Below, in pieces: positions 11,055-22,434 of a stretch of 64,000 nucleotides of DNA (the stretch's first letter is position 1; the number at the start of each line of letters is the position of its first letter). The position numbers and the translations under genes were made by a program. The DNA is taken from contig CBDCNP010000002.1 in NCBI GenBank assembly GCA_965219415.1, positions 2,656,001 through 2,720,000 on the forward strand. The letters run 5' to 3'. The notes under the pieces are model-generated. The model was not told where the DNA came from, searched no databases, and worked only from the letters and a program-made list of their open reading frames with translations. The stretch comes from Candidatus Marinacidobacterales bacterium. GTDB taxonomy: Bacteria; Acidobacteriota; Vicinamibacteria; Marinacidobacterales; DATDRI01.

Positions 11055-12684
11055 GTACCAGCCGCCTCCCGCACCGCATCGGCCAGTTCGTCGATCTCCC
11101 CAAGAATATCCGTCTCAATGGCCCGCAATTCATCCAGGATTTCCAGCGGGTCGCGGTGTTCGACCTTCGAGCGATTCTGCGGCCGGTGGCGCCCTGCGCT
11201 CAAGTTGAAGTCGGTAGCACGAATAGCGTCAGCTCCAGCGAACCACCACTTTTCGGTCCAGTCGGCATCCGGGTCGCGGTTTCTCCATTGCTGTCGGCGC
11301 TCCTCCCGGTCTCGGAACGCCGCGATCAGCCCGGGCAGATCGTCCTCCTCAATCGGGGTGTCGTGGTTGGCGTCGAGCTTGAAACCGTCATTGTCGGCGT
11401 GCAGGAACATCACCCGCTGGGTCGCGCCGCCCTTGCGAAAGACCAGCACCGAGGTCTTGACGCCGGAATAGGGATTGAATACTCCTCCCGGCAGGGAGAG
11501 CACAGCCTCGACCGTGTTGTTCTCGACCAGTCGGCGGCGCAGCTCCTTGTGCGCTCCGGTCGAGCCGAACAGCACGCCTTCGGGCACCACGACACCGCAG
11601 CGACCGCCCTCCCTCAGGTGGTTCAGCATGTATTGCAGGAACAGAAGCTCGGTCTGCGCCGTGCGGCCAATTTTGACTTCCTCGACGATGCGGTCCTTGT
11701 CCAACCGCCCGGAAAAGGGGGGATTGGCCAGGATGACATCGAACCCATGCCCCGGCAGACCAAGCTCTGCCTTGGCAGTACGGTCAAGGGAACGGGTCAA
11801 TGCGTCTCGGCGCAGAACGCGCACCTTCTCCAGACCACGCAGGGTTCAGGTTCATGGTCGCAAGGCGGACCATCTGCGGGTCCACATCGGCCCCATAGAA
11901 GGTCGCGTCGTGAAGTCGGCGCACCGCGTCCCGGCTCAGCATATCGCCGAGGCCGCGCCGGGCCGCCTTGCCATCGGCTTCGACTTCCTCGATGCCGGCG
12001 GGTGACGAATTCGCCAGCCGGATGTGGTCCCATGCGCCGACCAGAAATCCGGCCGTACCCGCTGCCGGGTCGAAGATCGTCTCCCCGATCCGGGGATCGA
12101 CAAGCTGGACCAGGGCACGGATCACATGGCGAGGGGTACGGAACTGGCCGAGTTCGCCCGCTTGCCGGATCTGGCGCAGCACGTGCTCGAACAGGTCGCC
12201 TTTCGTGTCTGCGTCTACCCGGTCAAGATGCAGGTCGTTCAACTTGGCTGACCACTTGGGTGAGCACCGTCGGCTCATCAATCACCAGCCGCGCTCCGTC
12301 CATGAAGTCCGTAACGCCTCTGGCCGCAAGTTCGGCATGAAACGGAAAGACTTCCTCCCGCACCCAGTTCACTAAGCGCTCGCCGTTGAGCGCATACGCC
12401 CAGGAGGATCAACGCAGGAGTTCGCGCGGAACGACCTCAACACCTGGCTCGCGGGCATTGCGCGGGTTGCGCAGGTTCCAGTTGCCCTCGAAGGCACTGA
12501 CGTGGGGTTCAGCGCCCGGCCGCCTCGCGGCACGCACGCGCGCAGCGTCCGCCGCCTCGTACATGTAAAAGTAGATCAGAAAGCTCAGTTGTTCGGCGTT
12601 CTGGGCGGGGTTTGGGTAACCACCGCCGAACAGGTAGTCGCGGATGCGGTCGATCCCGTGCCGAAGTTCAGGAGTCATGGGCAT
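11051..12684 (-). pseudogene. hsdM: Type I RM methyltransferase subunit with stop and frameshifts
   Basis: GQFRTPRHVI, FDPAAGTAGF, ILANPPF, VVPEGVLFG in ORFs 12409, 11784 and 11051. Confidence 0.9.
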
Positions 12685-12697
12685 CTGAATGCTCTCG

Positions 12698-14842
12698 CTA
12701 AGCCATGGGGCGACTGCCACCGGACTGATCCGTCGCGTCAGCATGGCCGAAGACCGTTGCGTTGAGCCCGGCAATCAGCCTGCCAAGGGATTCCTCGCCG
12801 CCGAACACTCGCCGCGCCTGGTCGTATCCTCCCAGGGCGGTGAAGGGGTGCTCATCGAAATCGTAATCCACGAAGGATTCGATGTTCAGGGCATCAGCCT
12901 TCACCCGGCTACCGATCAGCCCCGCCCATCGGGCCTGTTCGGCAGTGGTGAACCCTTGCTCGCCTTGCCAGGCCTCGATGCGCAAGCCGACTTCGGCCGC
13001 GAGCGCCTCGTGCTCCGGCGTACGTACGATCCGGCCATTCTCGTCGAGAGTCACCCACTCGCGGGTCGCGGGATCGATATGGTCGTCCACATCGAGGGTC
13101 AGCAGGATGCGCGGATCGTCCGGCCCATCCCGCTTTGTCCTTTCCTTCACGACGCCGCCATCCATGCCGTCATCGTCGTCGCCATGGAAATCCGTCACGC
13201 CCACGAAATCAAAGATCGTGAAGCCGGTCTTGCCGATGTGCTCGGCCTTGCGCGTCCCACGCCCCCGCATCTGGCGGTAGAGGATACCGCTCTTGGTGAA
13301 CCGTGCCATTACCAGATTGACTACCTCTGGGCAGTCGAAGCCGGTATCGAGCATGTTCACACTGACCAGAATCTGGGGAAACTTCTCCTCCTTGAAGCGC
13401 TTGATGATCGCGCTCGTATCCGGTCCGGGACCGTCGCCCACGTCGCTCACCACAAAATCCGCGAAACGTGTCGTTGGATGCGGTTTCAGATCCGCGAAGT
13501 GCTCATCGAGCATCTGCGCCAGCGTCTCCGCATGGCGCCTCGTTACGGCGAACACAATGGTCTTGCCTCCAGGAAGGAAAACGCCTGATCCCATCCTTAC
13601 CCATGAACCCCTTCTCGAAGCAGTCACGATACTCGCGCACCATGGCGCGGTTGCGCTCGGGAATCGTGAATTTCCGTTCCAGCGCTTGCGGGTCCACGGT
13701 GATGCTGTCCGATTCGGCGAACAGTTTCTCGAACTCAGCCTTTGCGGCGGGGGCCATGGCGCTCCAGTCGAGTTCGTCGCGGCCGACCGCGAACCCATCA
13801 TCGGCAGCGGTCTTCACCGTCATCGCCTTGTAGATGCGATAGGGAACGAGATGGCCGCCTTCGATGGCCTGCCGCAGCGTGTATCGGAAGGTCGGCTCCT
13901 CAAGCTCGAAAAAGCGCAGCGTGTCGCGCACGAACAGGCCGTCCTCGGCGTCGGCGGCTGCATCCGCCTCGGCAGTGCATGGTGTGGCGGTCAACCCCAG
14001 TTGAATGCTGTCGAAATGCCGGAGCACGCCACTCCACTTGCCGTATATCGAGCGGTGGCATTCATCGGTAATCACCAGATCGAAGTAGCCAGGCGACAGT
14101 TCCCGGTACTCTGCAATCATCGTCTGCAAAGTCGCAATCGTGATCCGCTTGGCGCGGTCGAACCCCCGGCCAGGGCGCAACACATGGCAGGGATAATCGC
14201 GGAGATGGTCCGTGAAGGCATCCTCAGCCTGTCCCGCTAGGGCGATCCGGTCCACGAGGAACAGGACGCGCGTGACAAATGCCGGCCTCGAACAGGCGCT
14301 TGACAAAAGCCGCTGCCGTCCGGGTCTTGCCGGCGCCGGTTGCCATCTCGACCAGCAGTTTGCGGCGTCCGCGCAAAATCTCGGCCGACAGCACCTCGAT
14401 GCAATCGATTTGGTAGTCACGATCGACAATCCTGCTGTCGATTGCTACGCTGGACAGGTCTCGGCGAACCGTGCGCACGGCAATCCGCCGCTCCAGGTCA
14501 TCCTGCGAATAAAGGCCTGCGATCTTTCGGGCATGCGTGTTGGTTTCGCGGGTCTAGGAACCATACTTCCTCGCCGTTTGAAAGGAAGACAAACGGAACG
14601 TCGAGTTGTTCGGCATAGTGGCAGCCCTGGTCGCGGGCATCGACGGGATTGATGCTGGCGCGCTTGGCTTCAAGTGCCGCCATAGGGCGCCCGGACCGGT
14701 CGCAGAGCACGTAGTCGGACTGTGTGCCGTCCGGCAGCGCGCATTCGAAGCGGACACTCACGCCGTCAGTGAGATCCCAGCCGGCATCCCTCAGCAGGGC
14801 GTCGATCTTGACGCGGGAGAAGGCTTCGGTCGTTCCGCTCAT
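12698..14842 (-). pseudogene. hsdR: Type I RM restriction subunit (EcoEI-like), multiple frameshifts
   Basis: ALEAKR, MATGAGKT, DECHRSIY, GLTATP, MLDTGFD, QMRGRGTR. Confidence 0.9.
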
Positions 14843-15261
14843 GCGTCGTCCCATGGATTGAAGAGTTCGACCCCCATATCCTCGAAGTCCCGAACGTTGC
14901 GCGTCGCCACCGCCATGCCGCGTGCCCGGGCAATTGCCGCGATCTGGCAGTCCGCCGGTGCGACGGCACGCCCTGCGAACCGGCGCTTGGCGGCGATATT
15001 CGCATAAGCACGCGCCGCCCCGCTGTCGAACGGCAATATGCGGTTCTCGAAGGCGGCGTGCAGCATCGTCTCGATATCTGAGACGAGCGTTTCCCGGCGC
15101 TGGCCTGCCGACATGATCGCGGCTCCATAGCGCAGTTCGGATTCGCCGATCGCCGAGAAGAACAGGTCCTTGACGGGGTGCTCGGCAATCCACGCCTCGA
15201 CTGCGGGGTCCGGCGACGTGCGCATCAACTCCGATACGACATTGGTGTCGAGCAGGATCAC
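14839..15261 (-). CDS. vapC: PIN-domain toxin (VapC/FitB)
   Basis: ILLDTNVVSE, DCQIAAIA, ATRNVRDF, NPW. Confidence 0.92.
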   Translation of the reverse strand: MILLDTNVVSELMRTSPDPAVEAWIAEHPVKDLFFSAIGESELRYGAAIMSAGQRRETLVSDIETMLHAAFENRILPFDSGAARAYANIAAKRRFAGRAVAPADCQIAAIARARGMAVATRNVRDFEDMGVELFNPWDDA

Positions 15262-15271
15262 GGCTGTTCCC

Positions 15272-15514
15272 TCAATCGAAGGATGGTGGCTCACGACCTA
15301 CATCGCGCGGTGGCAACTCCAGGTCCACACCCTTGGAAGGCCCGAAATGCACACGGATGATGTCTGCTAGGTTATAAGAACTTGGCCTGCGTTCGACCGC
15401 ATCCCGCAGGATCAAGCGCGCCTCCTCTTCCATGGAACGGCCGTTGCCCGCCGCACGGACGCGCAGCCGCGACTTCACATCGTCGTCGAGATTGCGGATA
15501 GTAATGCTGGCCAT
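15272..15514 (-). CDS. FitA-like ribbon-helix-helix antitoxin
   Basis: MASITIRNLDDDVKSRLRVRAAGNGRSMEEEARLIL, directly upstream of the PIN gene. Confidence 0.9.
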   Translation of the reverse strand: MASITIRNLDDDVKSRLRVRAAGNGRSMEEEARLILRDAVERRPSSYNLADIIRVHFGPSKGVDLELPPRDVGREPPSFD

Positions 15515-15615
15515 CGTGACACCTCCTTGCGTCGAGTCTATATTATGATTGCGCTGCAATCAAGACCGCTTCCCCTGCATCCATCCGGAGTGTGGGAATA
15601 TTAGAATTCGGAGGC

Positions 15616-17006
15616 TGTGATCCGCAAAAAAGAAGATCGCGTATTGACGGGCAGACAGCCATGGGAGTTGAGGTCCTGAGAACTCGTGTTCGCCTCGGTG
15701 GAGGTTCTGCACTCTGTCGCCGCCGAGCCACCGACGCAATAACGTGCTCAAGAAATAACGCATTATTCGCCGCGAGAGGCTAGCTCAGTCAGGCGACGCG
15801 TGACAACCGGTAATCGTGATGGAGCCCACCAAGGACCGGCCTCGAGGCAACGACGCGCTGGGCGGGTAATCGATGTCGGTGCTGGTCCCGGTTTCATCGG
15901 AAGCTCGACACAGGGGGTGGGAAGGCGTGGGCCGAGCGATGAATGTGGTCTCGCCCGATTGTAGTACTCACGCCATTTGGTCAAGAGTCGGCGAAGATGT
16001 TCCTCTGACAGCGGTATCAGAAAATCCAAGCACTCCCGGCGTGTGGTGCCGATGAGTCTCTCACAGTAGGCATTCGCCTGCGGTGCTCTGCGCGGCGTCC
16101 TCAACGGCCGAACACCCATCCCCCGGACGGAGCGGCGGAGGTTTGTTGAGAACTTGTCATCGCGGTCCACGATGACGAATCGATAGTCGTGCTCGCACCC
16201 AATCACCTCCCGGAACTGTTGCAGCGTCCACTCCGCGGTCGGATGCGCCGTCACGTTGAAGTGAAGCATCTTGCGGGTGCCGATTTCCATGATGACGAAG
16301 ACGTAAAGCACGCGAAAGCTGACGGTGACTACGTTGAAAAAATACGCAGCGACGACCGCTTTTGCGTGATTCCGCACGAATGTCGCCCAGCGATGCGACG
16401 CATTGCGCCGGTCCGGGCTGCCGTCATCTCGAATGGGTATGTACTTCCGAACGGTGCGCGGCGAGACGCGGATGCCAAGCTTGACGAGGAACTCGTTGGC
16501 GATTCTCTCTTCGCCCCACGTGATGTTCGTGACCGCCATTTCGGCGGTTCGTTTTTTTAGATCCTCTGGTAGTGTTGGACGTCTTTTGGGCCGAGACTTC
16601 CAACGCCAGAACAGCCGAAACCCTTTCCTGTGCCACAGAACAAGCGTATCGGGCTTGACCACGATAAGGGCTTCCTTCCAGTCGAATAGCCTCGCGAGAG
16701 TCGCCATCGTGAGCCGTGTGGCCTTATCCGTGCGCCGAGGCGCTTGCTTACGCTCGACAAAGAACGGGAGCTGCTTCCGAAGGAAAAGGTTCTCTGCGGC
16801 GAGGGCGCTGCGCGAGCGGCATAGGTTGCGAGCGAACGCGATGGCGTCCAGAACAATAGACCGGATATTCGAAAACAGTGGCACGAGCGAACCTCTCCTC
16901 GTTCCCAAGACGCTGGTGGCGTCGTCGGGTCGACCGGCACGAAGCAGCCGAGCATGGCAGCTCTAAACCGCGCAATCAACGCCGGATCGACTTTTTGCGG
17001 AGCACA
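15616..17006 (-). mobile_element. Near-complete rve-integrase element (type B, IS481-like TGT...ACA ends)
   Basis: 15-bp TIR TGTGATCCGCAAAAA / TGTGCTCCGCAAAAA enclosing the transposase; no TSD seen. Confidence 0.8.
15763..16908 (-). CDS. Integrase-core (rve) transposase; first catalytic Asp apparently replaced (AAYFF) and C-terminus probably frameshifted
   Basis: WGEERIANE, IVDRDDKF, PQANAYCERLIGTTRRECLD, YNRARPHSSLG. Confidence 0.8.
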   Translation of the reverse strand: MGTRRGSLVPLFSNIRSIVLDAIAFARNLCRSRSALAAENLFLRKQLPFFVERKQAPRRTDKATRLTMATLARLFDWKEALIVVKPDTLVLWHRKGFRLFWRWKSRPKRRPTLPEDLKKRTAEMAVTNITWGEERIANEFLVKLGIRVSPRTVRKYIPIRDDGSPDRRNASHRWATFVRNHAKAVVAAYFFNVVTVSFRVLYVFVIMEIGTRKMLHFNVTAHPTAEWTLQQFREVIGCEHDYRFVIVDRDDKFSTNLRRSVRGMGVRPLRTPRRAPQANAYCERLIGTTRRECLDFLIPLSEEHLRRLLTKWREYYNRARPHSSLGPRLPTPCVELPMKPGPAPTSITRPARRCLEAGPWWAPSRLPVVTRRLTELASRGE

Positions 17007-17302
17007 GCTAGCGAATTCGTGGAACTTCAAGCGATTCGGGTCCGATTCCGCCTTCTGTGAGACGAAGCTTCCTCCCGCAAAGCCGAGCTTTGAGGACTCT
17101 GTTCTCCCCGAGCAAGTAGACCATAGCGGCCTGTTGGTCACGCTGGAGCCAACCAGCGATGACGACCACCAACAATATAAAGGGCTGGATCGGCGTGCTC
17201 ATGACCGAGGATTTTAGCTTCCATGGGCGAACCAAGCCTAGACACCTCTCATCCGAAACGTCCCGGCCCGCAGGTCTTGAGTTTGTATTTTTGGACACGA
17301 CG
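17007..17302 (-). mobile_element. 5' remnant of a type-C rve element (end CGTCGTGTCCAAAAA)
   Basis: MSTPIQPF...AGWLQRDQQAAMVYLLGENRVLK; end also at 22417 and 24069. Confidence 0.7.
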
Positions 17303-17519
17303 GGCTTCCCGATGGTAGAAACGTAGCAACCCCGATAGGTCACATAACCCTTCGCGGGAAGTGTGCAGGAGCGCGTAGTGCGGGAAAGCCGTACGCTGCG
17401 TGCGATGTGGCCGGGGCTGGAAACGGACTTACGGTGCGGCTAGTGAGCCACTCCCACAGGAAACGGGGAGAAACAGATAGGCCGCGCCTACGGAGCACCG
17501 CGCCAGCCCTCGACCCTAC
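17303..17519 (+). ncRNA. Group II intron 3' remnant (domains V-VI)
   Basis: DV GAGCGCGTAGTGCGGGAAAGCCGTACGCTGCGTGCG; DVI GGGGCTGG...CCAGCCCTCGACCCTAC end. Confidence 0.82.
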
Positions 17520-17750
17520 CGGGATAGGCGTCCAGCACGACCTTCACGGTGAGCGCGTTGTAGAATTTGATCCAGTACGCCATCTGCTCCGCACGGATGT
17601 ATTCCCGAGGGTCAATCTCTTCCAGGTATTCGAGGTATCCAGCCAGCTTCGCCGCGTCGGCGGGATTCGCTGCAAGCGCAGCATAATAGACGAGATTGAC
17701 GCCCGCGCGGTCGGGGTCGACGTAGCCGTCCAGGATCTCCTGCAACGGGT
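17520..17750 (-). pseudogene. DUF547-family protein fragment interrupted by the intron
   Basis: VNLVYYAAL...YLEYLEEIDP...EQMAYWIKFYNALTVKVVLDAYP. Confidence 0.7.
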
Positions 17751-17794
17751 CCGGGGCGACCCTGGGTGCCCGCCTACGGTCTTGAGAAAACGAG

Positions 17795-18049
17795 TTACGA
17801 ATCCTTGGTCTTGAGCTGGGCTTTGTTTTCTTGAATGAAGGCGCGGATGTCATCTGTCATCTCAAGCAGTTTCTCCCACTGCTCCTTGTATAAGGTCACC
17901 GGGAAACGGCCCAGTCCGTAAACGGAGACGCCGCCCTTTTGGCTGACTTTGAGGGAGAGCTCTTTTTCACTGCGCTTCTTGAGCGTTTCATTCTCAGCTT
18001 GCAAGCGCTCTAGTTCTTTCTTCATTTCTTCCGGTGTCATGTCGCTCAC
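17795..18049 (-). CDS. Small conserved-looking hypothetical protein
   Basis: GGAGG RBS; LKVSQKGGVSVYGLGRFPVTLYKEQWEKLL. Confidence 0.75.
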   Translation of the reverse strand: MSDMTPEEMKKELERLQAENETLKKRSEKELSLKVSQKGGVSVYGLGRFPVTLYKEQWEKLLEMTDDIRAFIQENKAQLKTKDS

Positions 18050-18204
18050 GATTTGCCTCCGTGCTTTCGACTGTGTCGCCTCTATCCGATGAAACAGATG
18101 AGTCCCCGAGTGAGACACTAAAACGTAGCCCTGCCCCATCCCCGTCCGCGTACGATGCGGCCGGGCTTCGCTGGATAATAGCAGGTACGAGATTCGCCCA
18201 AGAC

Positions 18205-18263
18205 CGTACGAGATGGCCCGTACGTCGTACTGCTCGGAGCGGGAGCCAGCCGAGCCGCGTTCC
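18205..18263 (+). pseudogene. SIR2-like N-terminal motif fragment
   Basis: Translates GPYVVLLGAGASRAAFP, cut by the element end at 18264. Confidence 0.5.
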
Positions 18264-18345
18264 CGTCCTGTGCTAAAACTCGGCCCTTTTGAAATAGGCC
18301 ATAAATCAGCAGCTTAGTGTCTGTGTTCGCGACTGGGCCAAGCCC
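18264..18345 (+). mobile_element. Type-A rve element end (partial)
   Basis: CGTCCTGTGCTAAAACTCGGCCCTTTTGAAATAGGCC... Confidence 0.85.
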
Positions 18346-18472
18346 GAATTCTGATCGTTCGTGCATAGCATTTGTCGAAGGTCCTCACTCATTTTCTGGT
18401 GCGCTCAGCCTGGAGATAGGTCGCGTCGGTAGGACAGGGCCAGGACGCGCAGGCGGCCCCGTACTGTGATGC

Positions 18473-18656
18473 TGAACTGCGCCGAGAATCCCGGAGAGTG
18501 TTTTAGTTGAGTCTTGCCATCTCGAGCACGTTATTGCGTCGGTGGTCTGGCGGCGACAGCGTGCTGTATTTCCAACGCGTCGAAGAAGAGTTCGCAGGAC
18601 GTCGCTCTCATGGCTGTCTGTCCATCGATACGGGATCTTCTTTTTTGCGGATCACA
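18473..18656. mobile_element. Diverged IS3 right end fused to an inverted type-B rve end
   Basis: TGAACTGCGCCGAGAATCCCGGAGAG... followed by the reverse complement of about 15616-15748. Confidence 0.7.
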
Positions 18657-18734
18657 GCTGACCGACACGTACTTGAGTCCCCGCACCTCGACACCGACGG
18701 AGGGCTTGTACTTCAGATACGGCAGCAGCTTCAC

Positions 18735-20186
18735 GATGCCACCTCCTCCCAGGCTGGTCGCCTACTGACTCTGCGCACTCGCAACAGTTCTGCCTACAAG
18801 GGGCTCTATGCGTTGCTGATGCGTGACGGCGGCCGTGCCGCACTGGCGAGCCGATTGAGGCACAGGCTTTTTTCGACGACAAGATCGACATTGGGCTCCG
18901 CCGCCTCGCCACGGACCAGGGCGACGACCTCCGGTAGATCCCGCGCAAAACGGCTCTCAATAGCGCCGCCGTAGAGTTCGCCCAGCACACCGCACCAATA
19001 CCATCGTGCAATCTTGCGCCGCGCTCCCTCCGTTCTCACCGGCTTTGCCGAGGTCAGTAAAAATTGCCGCCAGGGGCACGAGCTGGGTACGGTAGGGCAG
19101 ATCGCGTGCCTTGAATATCTTCTGCCCGTGCAGAAAGCGCGCTGCTCGTACGAAGCCATCTTCCACCCGGTCGGCCCAGTCCTGCCAGTCCGCGACCTCG
19201 AGCTTAAGGATGTCCTTGCGCTTGCAAGTGATGCCAGGCGCCTTGTCCGTGGTCGTGCCGCCATCGAGCGCAGCGCGGCGGCGCGTTTGCGTCACTAGCA
19301 GCGACATGGCCTGGAGGAAGTCGTCGCTCTGCAGGTTGCGCAGCACCGGATGTTGAGTTTTTAGCCGAGTCTCGCGGCCGTTCCAGTCGTCGCGAAGCTG
19401 GAAGTCGTCTGCAGCGAACGAGGCTGTGAGCAGTTCGAACACAGTGAGCGCCACGCCGCCGGTATTGACGCGCTCAAAGACCAGGCACACCGCTTCCTTG
19501 GGGGTTTCCTTCTTTAGCTCAATGACCGGCACCTGGTACTGTTCGAAGCGCTTGATCACCTCAAGTTCGAACTCGTTGAACAGGCGCATCTCGTCCGTGT
19601 CAAAGCTCCAGTGCTCGCTGTAGGCTTGGCGCCACTTGGCACTGCCGAAGATCCGGTTGACGGGGAAGAGATCGACCGCGTACTCGCGCTCCGGGCTCGT
19701 CACATCCAGAGTGATGTCGCCGCCGAAGGCCTTGACCAAGCGGTCCTCGGGCACGCTCAGCACCACGTCCTCCTGGTCGGCTTCTGGGCGGACGGCTCCC
19801 TTCATGTCGATGTAGTACCAGCGATGGATCGGCTTGCCCTTGGCATCTCTGGTCTCCACCGCTGACTGACTCTTGAGGGCCTGGTAGAGCGAGGTCAGCC
19901 GTTGTTGGCCGTCGAGGATGAGAACCTCAGGCGCGATTTCGCGCAAGCGAGTGTCGGCCCCGGCCAGCGGTCGGGGCTTGAAGCGGATGTGCTCGCCGCC
20001 AGTCTGGAGCAGCATCACCGCGCCGATCGGGAAGGACACTGAGACACTCGCGAGCAGGCTCTTGATGTGCTCGTCGTCCCAGATCCAGCCGCGCTGGAAA
20101 TCGGGAAGCTGCAGGCTGCCGCGGGCAGCGAACCCGAGCAGGTCTTGCAAGGGTGTTTTGGTGCTGTCAAAGCTGGCGCCAATCAT
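18735..20186 (-). pseudogene. GmrSD-type DUF262 protein, frameshifted and truncated, with the distal ~160 bp inverted
   Basis: LQLPDFQRGWIW, ILDGQQRLTSL, VFERVNTGG; continuation RLLTLRTRNSSAYKGLYALL lies on the + strand at 18735-18892. Confidence 0.85.
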
Positions 20187-20329
20187 GGGCTTACTCCATT
20201 GCTATCAGTCACCTCGGCGAGCCGATCGAGAATCTCGTGCTGCAGTGGGTGCTTCTGTCATGAGCTGTTGGCAGCCAAGCTCTAACCCGTGCGCGTGGTA
20301 AAGTTTGAGCCTGATTTCTAGAGACATGG

Positions 20330-20600
20330 TTTCTCTCATAGACAAGGTCCACGCAATGAGTGTGGTTCATCGGAATCGCATGGTCGCGCTCCGTCGACCG
20401 TCTAGCAGCGCCTCACCCGTATAAGCGCACCGCCCGCAGAACCAGTCGAGCGTCCGGTCCCATTCCAGTTCCGTCAGGCCGCCCAGCTTCTCCCCAGCGT
20501 CCGAGAGGATGACGCGCATAGATGCGTTTGCGGCATCGCCTGGATTCCATTTTCTGGTCTGCTGGGCTATTAGCTGAGCCTCCCGGCACGTATGTCTTCG
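20330..20600 (-). pseudogene. HNH endonuclease-like remnant
   Basis: EWDRTLDWFCGRCAYTG, then after a frameshift ERDHAIPMNHTHC. Confidence 0.5.
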
Positions 20601-20958
20601 ACTCTAATTTAGCGATGCCATGACAAGGGCCGCAAATTACCTCCGCCACCAGATACGCGCTTGTATCGCCAGGACTGCTTCCTACAATGACCCCCGGAAG
20701 CCGCGCAACAGGTCTGGAACCGTTTCATCGCGTTCGGGTTTCAGTGAACCTGTAACAGAGGGCACACCAAATCCTCTTAGCGCGGCTTGGTTACTTCGAG
20801 TCGGATGCCTGCGGCCCGGCACAGGAATTCCAACCTATCGGAGACTCGCTTCCAGCCGGCGTGCGTATCCACGTAATAGCCGCCGACGAGCTTGGCTGTC
20901 CCTTTGTTTACTTGATTCGGATTATTGATATACACAAGTTCTGGAGTTTCAGCGATAT

Positions 20959-22276
<1,318 letters not shown>

Positions 22277-22417
22277 ACGCCAACAAGGTCAAGGGCTGGA
22301 GCGGTGTGCTCATGACCGAGGATTCTAGCTCCCATTGGCCAACCAAGCGTAGACACGTTTATTATGAAACGTCCCGGCGAGCCGGTCTTGAGTTCGTTTG
22401 TGTTTTTGGACACGACG
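22277..22417 (-). mobile_element. Type-C rve element 5' remnant
   Basis: Homologous to about 17180-17302; ends TTTTTGGACACGACG. Confidence 0.75.
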
Positions 22418-22434
22418 ACCACTGACGAAACCAT

